The translations under genes were made by a program, and so were the position numbers. A model generated the notes under the pieces. That model was not told the origin of the DNA and ran no database searches. It saw nothing but the letters and a program-made list of their open reading frames with translations. DNA of 64,000 nucleotides from Promethearchaeati archaeon SRVP18_Atabeyarchaeia-1 (GTDB lineage Archaea > Asgardarchaeota > Atabeyarchaeia > Atabeyarchaeales > Atabeyarchaeaceae). The stretch lies in the NCBI GenBank assembly GCA_037308085.1, contig CP147779.1:2240001-2304000 (forward strand). The letters run 5' to 3'. Each line of letters begins with the position of its first letter. The stretch's first letter is position 1. Shown here in pieces: positions 51,545 through 60,597 of this stretch.

Positions 51545-52333
51545 TCAAATACTATGTTTTTGAGGCACAATCTGCAGGCCCTGTTCACTGGTTATCACGT
51601 ACTCAAGCTCCCTTTCCGGCGTTCGAGTGAATGCCATCTTCTCAATTCGCATCAACCTTTTGAGCACCCCTCTCGCCAAGTTGGTTTCAAGCTTGATTAT
51701 GCCGTCCGCTGCAGCGTTGCACGCGCATAGGACGTTCGCTTCGATAGAACCTGTGTGGGCTACTGCAAGCATCAGATTTCCGTGTCTTCTGGCAGAGTTT
51801 GCAATCATTTGAGCGAGAACGTAGATTGACTTCAGCTCAATGTACGGCGCCATGGAGGAAAATGAGTCGACTACTGAAACTGCTGGAAGTTTGGTAGAGG
51901 CATTCTGCCTGTATGCTTCGATTGTCTTCCTGTTATACTCCTCAAGGAACTTCTTGAGTAGAGCCCTTCTTTCCATGACTCCAGTCTGACCTGGACCCGC
52001 GGAAGCCAAAGAATTGAGGAACGGATGTCCCTCCTGAATGATGAAGTGTTTCGTTTCCATGTAGGGCTTCGCATCGTATCCAAAGCCCTTGAAGTGTTCA
52101 ATTATCCTCTCGGCAGTCTCGTCAAAGCACACGTAGGTTGCAAGGCCGCCTGATACAAGTCTGGACCACACGAATTGAGTGCAGAATGTCGTAGTGCCTG
52201 TTCCTATATCCCCTTGGACGCAGCAGAAAGTTCCTCTGGGGAGTCCTCCACCCAGAATCCTGTCCAATTCGACGATGCCAGAGCGAATCCTCTCGCCTTC
52301 GTCTCCAATTTTGCTCAAGGTTGACACCTTCAT
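51545..52333 (-). CDS. single-domain KaiC/RAD55-like RecA-fold protein, degenerate Walker A
   Basis: SGIVELDRILGGGLP, GDIGTGTTT, VVDSFS, ADGIIKL, RLMRIEKM. Confidence 0.85.
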   Translation of the reverse strand: MKVSTLSKIGDEGERIRSGIVELDRILGGGLPRGTFCCVQGDIGTGTTTFCTQFVWSRLVSGGLATYVCFDETAERIIEHFKGFGYDAKPYMETKHFIIQEGHPFLNSLASAGPGQTGVMERRALLKKFLEEYNRKTIEAYRQNASTKLPAVSVVDSFSSMAPYIELKSIYVLAQMIANSARRHGNLMLAVAHTGSIEANVLCACNAAADGIIKLETNLARGVLKRLMRIEKMAFTRTPERELEYVITSEQGLQIVPQKHSI

Positions 52334-52468
52334 TTAGTTGCTCCATAAGTGAATGCTACGTCACTTCCAATTAAGAACCGTGACATTTCATTGGTGATGG
52401 GTAGCGCCTGTTGCTCATCCTTTTTGATGAATGCAAGTATTTCTATCAATTAGTGAGAAGGCCGTCCT

Positions 52469-53215
52469 CTATAGGATTTCGATGCCTTCGTCAGTGATTT
52501 CATATTGAAGGATGGGTTCCCTGATCTCTGTGAAACGCATCTTCTCGATTATCATCTCTCTTTGCAGACTGCCTCTAACCCAGTGCATTCTCATTCTGAT
52601 TATTCCGTCAACGTATTGCCTCAAGACCTGTACAAGGTTTCCTTCCAAAGCGCCCTCATGAGCGGTGAAGATCAGGACAAGATTGTTTTCCCTAGCGGAG
52701 TTCTGCGCCGCAAGAATCATTCTGTGGACATCACGAATTCCAATGAAAGGCGAGAGGGATGTTATCGAATCAAGCACAAGGTTGATACCTCTCACATCAT
52801 GCGCCACTTGATCTGAAATACTGAATCTTGTCTCATCGAATATCTTGTCCAGAGGCGGTGCGTCAAATGTTCCTACATCGCTGAAGTCCCGTATCCCCAA
52901 GGCCTCGACCATATAGGCGTAAACATCAAGGAAAAGCAGCTTCTTCTCATCAATCAGGGACCTAATGTCCAGATACTTGAGCGGTTCAAAATGCCTCATG
53001 AAGTGGTCCGGAGGTACGTCTCCCAGGGCAACTACAGTCCTCTTTCCTCGTTGAAGAGACGACACTATAAACTTCTTGCAGAAACTTGTGGTTCCGACGC
53101 CTGGAGGTCCGATGACGGCCGTGATTGATGGTCTAGGCAATCCGCCACCTATCACTTCATCTAGTTTCGGTATTCCTGTGCTCTCCCTCTGCAACATGAG
53201 ATCATACTCCCCCAT
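52469..53215 (-). CDS. single-domain KaiC/RAD55-like RecA-fold protein, degenerate Walker A
   Basis: STGIPKLDEVIGGGLP, GPPGVGTTS, VLDSIT, VDGIIRM, IEKMR. Confidence 0.85.
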   Translation of the reverse strand: MGEYDLMLQRESTGIPKLDEVIGGGLPRPSITAVIGPPGVGTTSFCKKFIVSSLQRGKRTVVALGDVPPDHFMRHFEPLKYLDIRSLIDEKKLLFLDVYAYMVEALGIRDFSDVGTFDAPPLDKIFDETRFSISDQVAHDVRGINLVLDSITSLSPFIGIRDVHRMILAAQNSARENNLVLIFTAHEGALEGNLVQVLRQYVDGIIRMRMHWVRGSLQREMIIEKMRFTEIREPILQYEITDEGIEIL

Positions 53216-53375
53216 CGGACTTATCAGAATGGCAAGGCAACACTCTTAGCCGAAGAAAGTAGCGTGCCCTACCCGCCACCTACTCGAGTCTAAAGGGCAA
53301 CATCAAGTTGTGAATGGAAAGCAATAGGTGCACGACATTAAATACTTTTGTTCAATATCGGGCGAGTTTCGATAA

Positions 53376-53984
53376 TTGGTGGCCGCTGCCGTATTGTGCG
53401 CCCCCCGCCATCAACTTGGTGGCGTCGGACTTCCATGTCTTCATACCCGAATTGTGGAAGTGGAGTGCAACAACGAAAGGTTATATTTCGGGTTAACGCC
53501 ATATATCGATCAAGAGACTCGAATATCGAAGGCAGGGATCTTGATTTTGACAAGCGAGGTTATCGCAACGACGGATTTCCTGAAAGAATTCGAAGCGCGT
53601 TATCCTGATTTACGATTTGACGCAAGCTCCTTGAAGCCGTGGTTCGCGAAAGACAAGAAGCTCTTCCTCGACTGTGGAAAGTCGGAGAGCAAGAATGCAT
53701 GCCTGAAAAAAGTGCTCGCGAGACAGGACCTGGAAGAGTTCTCTGTGCTTTTCATCGTCAAGCAAGAGGATGAGAAGACTGGGAAACCCTTCTACAGCAT
53801 AAATGAATCGAGATTCGTTCGACTTGGCCATGAGAAGCCAGAGGACTTTATCAATAGGTACAACAAGAACCTGAGGGAACCCATGACGCTGAGCATGCAA
53901 CTATTCAACCTCAAGCCAGTGGAACTAGTTGGGTTTAGTTATGTATCTCCGGAGCAAAGAGCCGAGCTACTCAGGAGTATCTGA
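53376..53984 (+). CDS. hypothetical protein
   Basis: 202 aa ORF filling the gap between real genes; start uncertain. Confidence 0.6.
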   Translation: MVAAAVLCAPRHQLGGVGLPCLHTRIVEVECNNERLYFGLTPYIDQETRISKAGILILTSEVIATTDFLKEFEARYPDLRFDASSLKPWFAKDKKLFLDCGKSESKNACLKKVLARQDLEEFSVLFIVKQEDEKTGKPFYSINESRFVRLGHEKPEDFINRYNKNLREPMTLSMQLFNLKPVELVGFSYVSPEQRAELLRSI

Positions 53985-54012
53985 ATAATAGAGCCTCATT
54001 AATTCCGCACAT

Positions 54013-55410
54013 CTAGGGTTTCTGTTGAGGCGTTCTGGTGAGGTCGAAGTAGCCTCTGCCGAACTCCCAGTACTGCTTGTCTTTGTTCCAGTACTTGTAC
54101 AAGCTTTCAGGGATCGCTGCTCCGATGTTTTCAAGGCGATTTGTGACAATTAGGCGATCAGCTCTGTCCCGCAAGCTGCTTTGGATCAGGTAGGATATAG
54201 CTGGAGCAGATTCGGATGGCGCCCTGATCATGAAGATGGCGCCTCTGTCGGTTCTGCTAGCCATGCAGTGCGGGAACTGAGGAAAAACATGGTAGAGGGT
54301 TTCCACGACACGATCATCGCATTCAACGGCAAAGGTAAGAGAGGCCGTTAATCCTAATCCGGCAAACCCGAATGACGGTATGAAGACCCCTGCCCTATTC
54401 AACGAGGTCAACCTCTTTGATATGGTTACTGATGAAAGATTGTAGCCATGCTGTTTCAGAATACTCCTGATCCCAGAGTTCCTCTCTCGTGCATTTCCGT
54501 ACCTGAGGCATGATATTATGAAATCGATCGCGTCGAACTTGATTGGCTTGTCTCCGTACATTGTCTCATTTAGGCGCGGGACGATTCCTTCCTCGCGTTC
54601 TGCGAATCTGAATGAGCCCACCCCGAGGGCATCTTCACTTGGCATCCATCTCTCTCCGTCGAACATCGAAAGATTGCAGGATATCCCGATAGATCTAATC
54701 TCATAAAGTCTGTGATCATCGAAGACCTGATAACTCAGGCTTTTCAGGCCGTCTCTAAACTCTCTTAATGTCCTAGTCTGGCTGGGAACCACAAACGAGG
54801 CCCACATCCACTCTCCTAGCGTGTCTTTGTTGATGGTCAAAGTAAACTCCCTTGAGAGGATAGACCCCTCGAAATCCTCGTTCGGTTTGAAAAAGACTAT
54901 GAAATGCTTCAACTTAAACAAGGGATAGTTCAGGATATTGCCAAAACGAAATTGGATCCTGTCCCTGAGCCGGTAGTAGGCCTCAAAGACACTACTTGTA
55001 GACACAGCGAGCCTACTGGCGAACCAAGTGAAAGTCCTGCTTGGGTTCTCTATGAACTCAACCAAATACCTCCGGTCAGATAGGTTGAGCCTCTTCGTGG
55101 TGAAGAAGCCCCAAGTAAGCACTCTAATGATCTCATGCGGATTTTCGATATGGTACTTCTTCAAGAATTTCATCCTCAGAAGTATCATATCTCTCCTGAC
55201 TGCAGGCGTTTGGAAAGGATCGAAAAGAATCGCCCCCAAGTCTCCCTTCAGCCTTTCCACTTCAGAACTTGAGATTAAGCCATCGCATTTAGCGAAGAAT
55301 AAGGATAACAGGTAGTAGAGCTGCTGCACTTCCTTGTCGCTACACTCAACAAAGAGGTCAGAGTACCGGTGGACTAGTTCTTCTCTACGTCTCTCCAAGG
55401 CTTGAATCAC
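54013..55410 (-). CDS. large regulator with two Lrp/AsnC-like wHTH + effector modules
   Basis: LNLSDRRYL..NPSRTFTWFASRLAVSTSSV..RL and FDAIDFII..LSSVTISKRLTSL..GVF, each followed by a ferredoxin-like segment. Confidence 0.7.
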   Translation of the reverse strand: MIQALERRREELVHRYSDLFVECSDKEVQQLYYLLSLFFAKCDGLISSSEVERLKGDLGAILFDPFQTPAVRRDMILLRMKFLKKYHIENPHEIIRVLTWGFFTTKRLNLSDRRYLVEFIENPSRTFTWFASRLAVSTSSVFEAYYRLRDRIQFRFGNILNYPLFKLKHFIVFFKPNEDFEGSILSREFTLTINKDTLGEWMWASFVVPSQTRTLREFRDGLKSLSYQVFDDHRLYEIRSIGISCNLSMFDGERWMPSEDALGVGSFRFAEREEGIVPRLNETMYGDKPIKFDAIDFIISCLRYGNARERNSGIRSILKQHGYNLSSVTISKRLTSLNRAGVFIPSFGFAGLGLTASLTFAVECDDRVVETLYHVFPQFPHCMASRTDRGAIFMIRAPSESAPAISYLIQSSLRDRADRLIVTNRLENIGAAIPESLYKYWNKDKQYWEFGRGYFDLTRTPQQKP

Positions 55411-55738
55411 CTTCTTCGAGGAGGACCTACCGACTAGAAGTGTTTTCTTATGGATATAAAACTAGGTATATCGGCTCAATAGGCGACAACCGCTTCTCAA
55501 CCGTCCGCCAAACAAAGCTCATATCGTCTAATACAGCCTATTTTCACCCAAAATAGCTTCTATACTTGCCATCTTAGGATCCATTGTTCCCTAAATCTCC
55601 TTAGCAGCTTCCAATGCCTTCATTCCAGTGCATTTTTGCCGGCTTAAGAATGGGGTCACACATAAACAGATCTCAATAGGAAAAAAAACCTTAGCGGAGG
55701 CATGAGAAGATGGACGGACCAAATGGTGGAATTGTCCC

Positions 55739-56077
55739 ATGGTAGAGAATGCTATGAAGTCTTTTGCATTGGCAGGAACACATGAATTGGATGATAACGG
55801 CGACGTGGTCACTCTCGAAAATGGGCAGATAAAGGACTTCCATCTAATCTCTCCAGAAGCTGATCCTGAGAGAATGCGAGTTGTGGGGGCCCTTGCCGAG
55901 ATGCTCTGTGAACAGATCAAGAAAACCTTCGGCGTAGACAGATTACTGGTGGCTGCTCAGAATCGGGATTTCAAATTGATCATGTTTCCAAGCAAGGATG
56001 GTTTCCTAGTCTGGAAGACGAATCTTGACCTGCAGAGAGTAATGGCGGCCATTGATTCGAACAGAAAGAGTCTGTGA
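55739..56077 (+). CDS. roadblock/LC7-like protein
   Basis: 112 aa; LDDNGDVV hairpin, central helix RMRVVGALAEMLCEQIKKTFG, three strands and a C-terminal helix. Confidence 0.55.
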   Translation: MVENAMKSFALAGTHELDDNGDVVTLENGQIKDFHLISPEADPERMRVVGALAEMLCEQIKKTFGVDRLLVAAQNRDFKLIMFPSKDGFLVWKTNLDLQRVMAAIDSNRKSL

Positions 56078-56111
56078 AATCCGAATGGGGAAGCAATACT
56101 GGTAAGGTGAT

Positions 56112-56245
56112 GAGACAGCGCGAAGGGGCGAAGGTAGATTTCAGAAACTGGGGGGTTGCCTCACTTGTTGAGGCTAGCTAATTTTGGGGTTAGCTGAGAA
56201 AGAATCGGGTGGCTCCGAAACTCCGCTAAACCTTCCCGCTGTCTC
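56112..56245. other. intergenic element with long-range inverted repeat (possible ncRNA or MITE-like element)
   Basis: GAGACAGCGcGAAGG pairs with CCTTCcCGCTGTCTC (14/15 bp) and encloses the hairpins GCCTCA/TGAGGC and AGCTAA/TTAGCT. Confidence 0.45.
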
Positions 56246-56374
56246 GGAACCTCTTGCTGGCTCTACTTTTTCTTAGCCACCTAGCTCCTCCTGCGTCATG
56301 ATTCTGAAAGGAGCATCAGATTACAGAAGATCAAACATGACATTTATGAAGGTACAAGATTCTCTACAGCTCTT

Positions 56375-56698
56375 GTGGAAAGAAAGGTGGCGATCAGAAT
56401 GACATCTATAACCGAGTTTCAGAGGCTTATGAGGACCCTATACGGGGAGAGAGATTCGGCGCGTGGTCCTCAAGGGACGATGCTTTGGCTCGTCTCAGAA
56501 GTCGGAGAATTCGCTGATGCAATGGTGAAACACAAAACACTTGAATCTCTGAAGGATGAGGCCGCTGACGTGTTAGCCTGGCTCTGCAGCGTATGCAATG
56601 TTCTAGGAATCGACCTTCAGGAATCCGCCACATCAAAGTATGCCAATAAGTCGTGTCCCAAGTGCAGAAGCTCACCGTGCCAGTGCTCATCTGCCTAG
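56375..56698 (+). CDS. MazG-like nucleotide pyrophosphohydrolase
   Basis: WLVSEVGEFADA...DEAADVLAWL; C-terminal CPKC..PCQC. Confidence 0.9.
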   Translation: MERKVAIRMTSITEFQRLMRTLYGERDSARGPQGTMLWLVSEVGEFADAMVKHKTLESLKDEAADVLAWLCSVCNVLGIDLQESATSKYANKSCPKCRSSPCQCSSA

Positions 56699-56885
56699 CC
56701 AAATGCTGCGTCGTCACAGCATTTGCCTGGTCCCCTCATGATTTCGGAATAAGAGAGTTCCATTGTCGCGAGCAAGGAACTCTGCTCTGCAACATGAAAT
56801 CTGCTCTCTTTTCTTATGATGTGGCAAAAAGCTTGGTGTGTAAAGAGGAAGAGTATCTTCTTGTTAACGATGCCCCATGGCACTT

Positions 56886-57470
56886 CTACTTCTCTTCCTC
56901 TGGCGAGTTATTCATCTCTGCTCTTACGAGCAAAGTGAATTTCTCTATGAGATCCGTCGATGTCTGGAGGTTCTTGAGGAGTAGATTCTCTCGCTCCACA
57001 TTCTTGGTTTCTAGTGCGCGCATTAACATATTCATGAGCGCCGTGTTTGACTTGACGTCCTCACTGAGTTCCTTCGTGTTCCTAACAACGGAGCTGAGAA
57101 GATCGGTTGCGCCCTTGACTCGCACATCCAATCCGCTCACCGCGAAGGTCATGTCCTTAATGGACTTGCCGAGAGAGTCGACGGAGTTCTTGATCTCCTT
57201 GAAAGTCAGATTACTAAGGTTCAGTGAGATGTAATCTCCCGATTCCTTCAGGGACTTCACTGCTTGTTGAACTGAGTCCACCATCTCATTGACTCTGATC
57301 GCGGGCGACTCCATTTGCTTCGGGACGCGTTCCTTGAAGAGACTGCTGAGGCTTTCCACCTTCTCCTTCAAGTCCTTTATCGCAAGCGCCAGCACCTCTG
57401 CGGCACTTGGTTTCTCCTTGGATTCATCTTTTCCCATGGATGCGGGCTCAGGCAATGGCATTACACACAC
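56886..57470 (-). CDS. hypothetical coiled-coil protein
   Basis: Heptad-patterned helical sequence over most of 194 aa. Confidence 0.6.
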   Translation of the reverse strand: MCVMPLPEPASMGKDESKEKPSAAEVLALAIKDLKEKVESLSSLFKERVPKQMESPAIRVNEMVDSVQQAVKSLKESGDYISLNLSNLTFKEIKNSVDSLGKSIKDMTFAVSGLDVRVKGATDLLSSVVRNTKELSEDVKSNTALMNMLMRALETKNVERENLLLKNLQTSTDLIEKFTLLVRAEMNNSPEEEK

Positions 57471-57650
57471 CTAGCGCAAGGTACCAAAATCGTAGAACTG
57501 AACCGTACTCAGCGCTATTGCTGTTCTCCGGTAGATGCTTCTAAATACTATCTTGATAGCCACACTTATTTATAGGTTTATCAGATACTCTATCAGCGAT
57601 ACCGACGGATCAGCAGAATCGCAGGTGGGTTAGGCTGGAGGGGGAATACC

Positions 57651-57884
57651 GTGGTAATAGCCTACATCATGGGGAAAGTTGAACCTGGAAGCGAGTCTGC
57701 GGTAAGGCATAGGATCTTGAAGCTTGAACATGTAGGGAAAGTCTCCGTTGTCTACGGGGATCTGGATTTTATAGTAGAGGTTGAAGCCAAGGATCTCATA
57801 GATCTGCGAGAGTTAACCGAGTACATTCGGCGAGTGGAGGGCGTTACTAAGACAATAACCTACCTTGTCAGAAAAGAAAGCTAA
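57651..57884 (+). CDS. stand-alone Lrp/AsnC RAM domain protein
   Basis: AYIMGKV...VYGDLDFIVEV...VEGVTKTITY. Confidence 0.9.
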   Translation: MVIAYIMGKVEPGSESAVRHRILKLEHVGKVSVVYGDLDFIVEVEAKDLIDLRELTEYIRRVEGVTKTITYLVRKES

Positions 57885-57891
57885 GCCCATC

Positions 57892-58533
57892 CTACTCTAT
57901 TGAGATCACCACGTCCTCAGGCGCGACCGACTGACCAGCCGACACTTTGACCTCCTTGACTTTGCCGGTATAGGGCGACGTTATTTCGTTGGCCATCTTC
58001 ATGGCTTCGAGGATCAGGACTACTTCTCCTGCCTTTACCGCGTCGCCTTCTTTGACTCTAACGGAGATTATCTTTCCAGGCATAGGGGGTCTTATGATCT
58101 TGCCACCCGTACTTGCCACTCTTGCAGACGGTTTGGGCGCTTGCCCTTCTGCCCCCGCGCCAGCGCCTGCAGTGGTCGCTCTCGCCTCTGAAGCAGATGT
58201 CTGAGTCCCTGCCATGGTGTCAACTCTGATCCGAAAAGGGGCCTCGTTGATTCTCACGTTCAGTGTTTTCCCGTTCTGGACGTTTCTGTCCCCCAGTAAG
58301 ACCTTATACTCTTTCTCATTGACTTTCAGCTTCATTGCTCCGCTGTTCTCGTCCCTTTCAGTGATAGCTACCGAGAACACTTTGCCATCAATGTCCACTG
58401 TCACCGTCGAAGCGTTTGGCTGTAAATTCGGTTGCTTGACATTCACATCGTGCGTCCTGTCGTCGACCGTCATTTTGAATCTCAATGCTTTTTCAGCCTC
58501 CGAAAGTTGACTTGTCCTCTCCACTTCTCTCAT
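57892..58533 (-). CDS. biotin carboxyl carrier protein
   Basis: PMPGKI...ILEAMKMANEI biotinylation motif; Ala-rich linker; ATGA overlap with the upstream gene. Confidence 0.93.
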   Translation of the reverse strand: MREVERTSQLSEAEKALRFKMTVDDRTHDVNVKQPNLQPNASTVTVDIDGKVFSVAITERDENSGAMKLKVNEKEYKVLLGDRNVQNGKTLNVRINEAPFRIRVDTMAGTQTSASEARATTAGAGAGAEGQAPKPSARVASTGGKIIRPPMPGKIISVRVKEGDAVKAGEVVLILEAMKMANEITSPYTGKVKEVKVSAGQSVAPEDVVISIE

Positions 58534-60059
58534 AATGTGGTTCTTGATCTTATGAGGTCCTGACGTCCAGCTAGAGCCCAGGGGCTTATGCCAGTTGAAG
58601 ACTTTCTCGCAAGTTTCGGTTCCAGCCCTGAAACTGGGTTCCTATTATTCGTTAGCCGGTCTGCAATTGTCGCCGCGACGGCTGCCAAAGCGTTATCGCT
58701 ACTATTCAGTCCGTTATCTTTCAACTCTCTCATTTCGAAAAACCCTAACGCCACTTGGGGAAACAGTACGAAGGACAGGATGTCTTCCTCGCTCCTAGCC
58801 TTTGCTCCCAGCTCCTTCCGCGCCTTCTCGAATTCCGGCTTGAGCAAGTCAGCGGGTCTACAAGTTATCGGGTCCTCGTTACCGATAACCTTCTTCTTCA
58901 CCTCTTCATCAATTGGTGATGGAGGAGCGCCATAGTACCCCTTGACATACTGCTTCACCTCATTGGGGATAACCTTGTAACGTTCTCCGACGACTACGTT
59001 TAGCACTGCTTGGGTTCCGACTATCTGCGACGTTGGGGTTACAAGAGGAGGATAGCCAAGCTCTCTTCTCACTATAGGAACCTCCTTGAGGACCTCGCCG
59101 AGCTTGCCAAGCGCATTTTGCTCCCTTAGCTGATTGACAAGATTTGTGGTCATGCCGCCAGGTATCTGGTATACGAGCACGTTTGTATCCACGCCAGGTA
59201 GAGTGCTTTCGAACTTCGAGTACTTCTTTCTGATCTCAGCAAAGTAGTCAGCTATCTCATTGAGGAGCGCGAGATCCAAACCGGTGTCTCTGGGAGTGCC
59301 CTTAGCCATGTACACGATTGTCTCAGTTGGGGGTTGAGAAGTGGCCAGCGACATTGAGGATATCGCTGTGTCAATAATGTCGACACCCGCGCCTATTGCC
59401 TCCCAGCATGTTCCGACCGCCATTCCACTTGTGCAGTGAGTGTGCAAGTGGATGGGAAGGTCGATCTCCCTCTTGAGACCCTCGATTAGCGCTCTGGCTT
59501 CTCCAGGAGAGAGAAGACCAGCCATGTCTTTGATGCATATAGTGTCCGCGTCTAGTTCCATGAGCTTCTTCGCGAAGTTGACAAAAAGGTTCACGTCGTG
59601 AACAGGGCTAATAGTATAGGATAGCGCGCCTTCAACCTTTGCTCCAGCCTTCTTAGCCGCCTTCATTGCCTTCTCAAGGTTACGAATGTCGTTGACCGCA
59701 TCGAAAACCCTGAAGACATCTATTCCGTTCTGGGCCGCCTTTGAGACGAATTTCTCCACCACGTCATCTGGATAGTGTCGGTATCCAACTATGTTCTGCC
59801 CACGCAGCAGCATCTGCATCTGAGTGTTCGGCATCGCCTTCCGTAGGCGCCGCAAGCGTTCCCATGGATCTTCATTTAGGAATCTTAGACATGTGTCGAA
59901 GGTTGCTCCGCCCCACATCTCGAGTGACCAGTAGCCTACTTGGTCAAGCTTCTCCGCTACGGGCAACATGTCTTCAGTCCTCATGCGGGTCGCCAGCAGG
60001 GACTGGTGGGCGTCTCTCAGAACAGTGTCAGTTATTCTCAGGGGTGAGCCTGTAGCCAA
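58530..60059 (-). CDS. pyruvate/oxaloacetate carboxyltransferase subunit (5S/PycB/OadA type, no biotin domain)
   Basis: RDAHQSLLATRM, WGGATFD, IKDMAG, HLHTH, PPLVTPTSQIVG. Confidence 0.93.
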   Translation of the reverse strand: MATGSPLRITDTVLRDAHQSLLATRMRTEDMLPVAEKLDQVGYWSLEMWGGATFDTCLRFLNEDPWERLRRLRKAMPNTQMQMLLRGQNIVGYRHYPDDVVEKFVSKAAQNGIDVFRVFDAVNDIRNLEKAMKAAKKAGAKVEGALSYTISPVHDVNLFVNFAKKLMELDADTICIKDMAGLLSPGEARALIEGLKREIDLPIHLHTHCTSGMAVGTCWEAIGAGVDIIDTAISSMSLATSQPPTETIVYMAKGTPRDTGLDLALLNEIADYFAEIRKKYSKFESTLPGVDTNVLVYQIPGGMTTNLVNQLREQNALGKLGEVLKEVPIVRRELGYPPLVTPTSQIVGTQAVLNVVVGERYKVIPNEVKQYVKGYYGAPPSPIDEEVKKKVIGNEDPITCRPADLLKPEFEKARKELGAKARSEEDILSFVLFPQVALGFFEMRELKDNGLNSSDNALAAVAATIADRLTNNRNPVSGLEPKLARKSSTGISPWALAGRQDLIRSRTTL

Positions 60060-60248
60060 GATGATCCACCTCTAGTAAACAGAAAGACGTTGCGATCCAA
60101 GTCAAACTCATCGGAAGTTCAAGAGAAAGTAGGAGATTACTTGTGTTATTTATATCTTTAGCAGCAGATCAAGTCACATTGATGACGCAGACTTCGTCAA
60201 TTCTCATGCTCTAGCTTAATAAGACAGCTCCAGGAATCACAAATACCT

Positions 60249-60536
60249 ATGAAAGCATACAAATGCTCCCAATGCGGAGGCGAGATGTGTGCCTCGACGG
60301 GGCCGCTTCACCCAATGGAGGCCATTGCCGAAGATATGCTGGAGCAGGGAGTAATCTTCCGGTGTTCTGGCTGCTCTTTGTATTTGACAAGCGCATCTGG
60401 CATCGAATGCCCGACGTGTGGGAGGAAGACGCTGACTGCATCACTCGATGAGAGTCCTAAACGCGGCTCGCCAAATGCGAGGAAAGCAACTGGAGCGGTT
60501 ACATGCCAGTCTTGCGGTTGGCGGCAGAAACTATGA
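60249..60536 (+). CDS. small zinc-finger protein (four CxxC pairs)
   Basis: CSQC, CSGC, CPTC, CQSC in 95 aa. Confidence 0.6.
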   Translation: MKAYKCSQCGGEMCASTGPLHPMEAIAEDMLEQGVIFRCSGCSLYLTSASGIECPTCGRKTLTASLDESPKRGSPNARKATGAVTCQSCGWRQKL

Positions 60537-60597
60537 TTATTGCGGATGTGAAGCTTCCGGCGTTCCTCGTCCATATTCTGGAGGCAGTGGGGGAGTG

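Noticed and set aside
51545-53215. Circadian KaiABC clock
   Set aside because: Single-domain proteins with degenerate P-loops, and no kaiA or kaiB in the window
56110-56181. 23-codon ORF MRQREGAKVDFRNWGVASLVEAS within the structured element
   Set aside because: The SD-like AAGGTG abuts the ATG with no spacing and the peptide has no recognisable features
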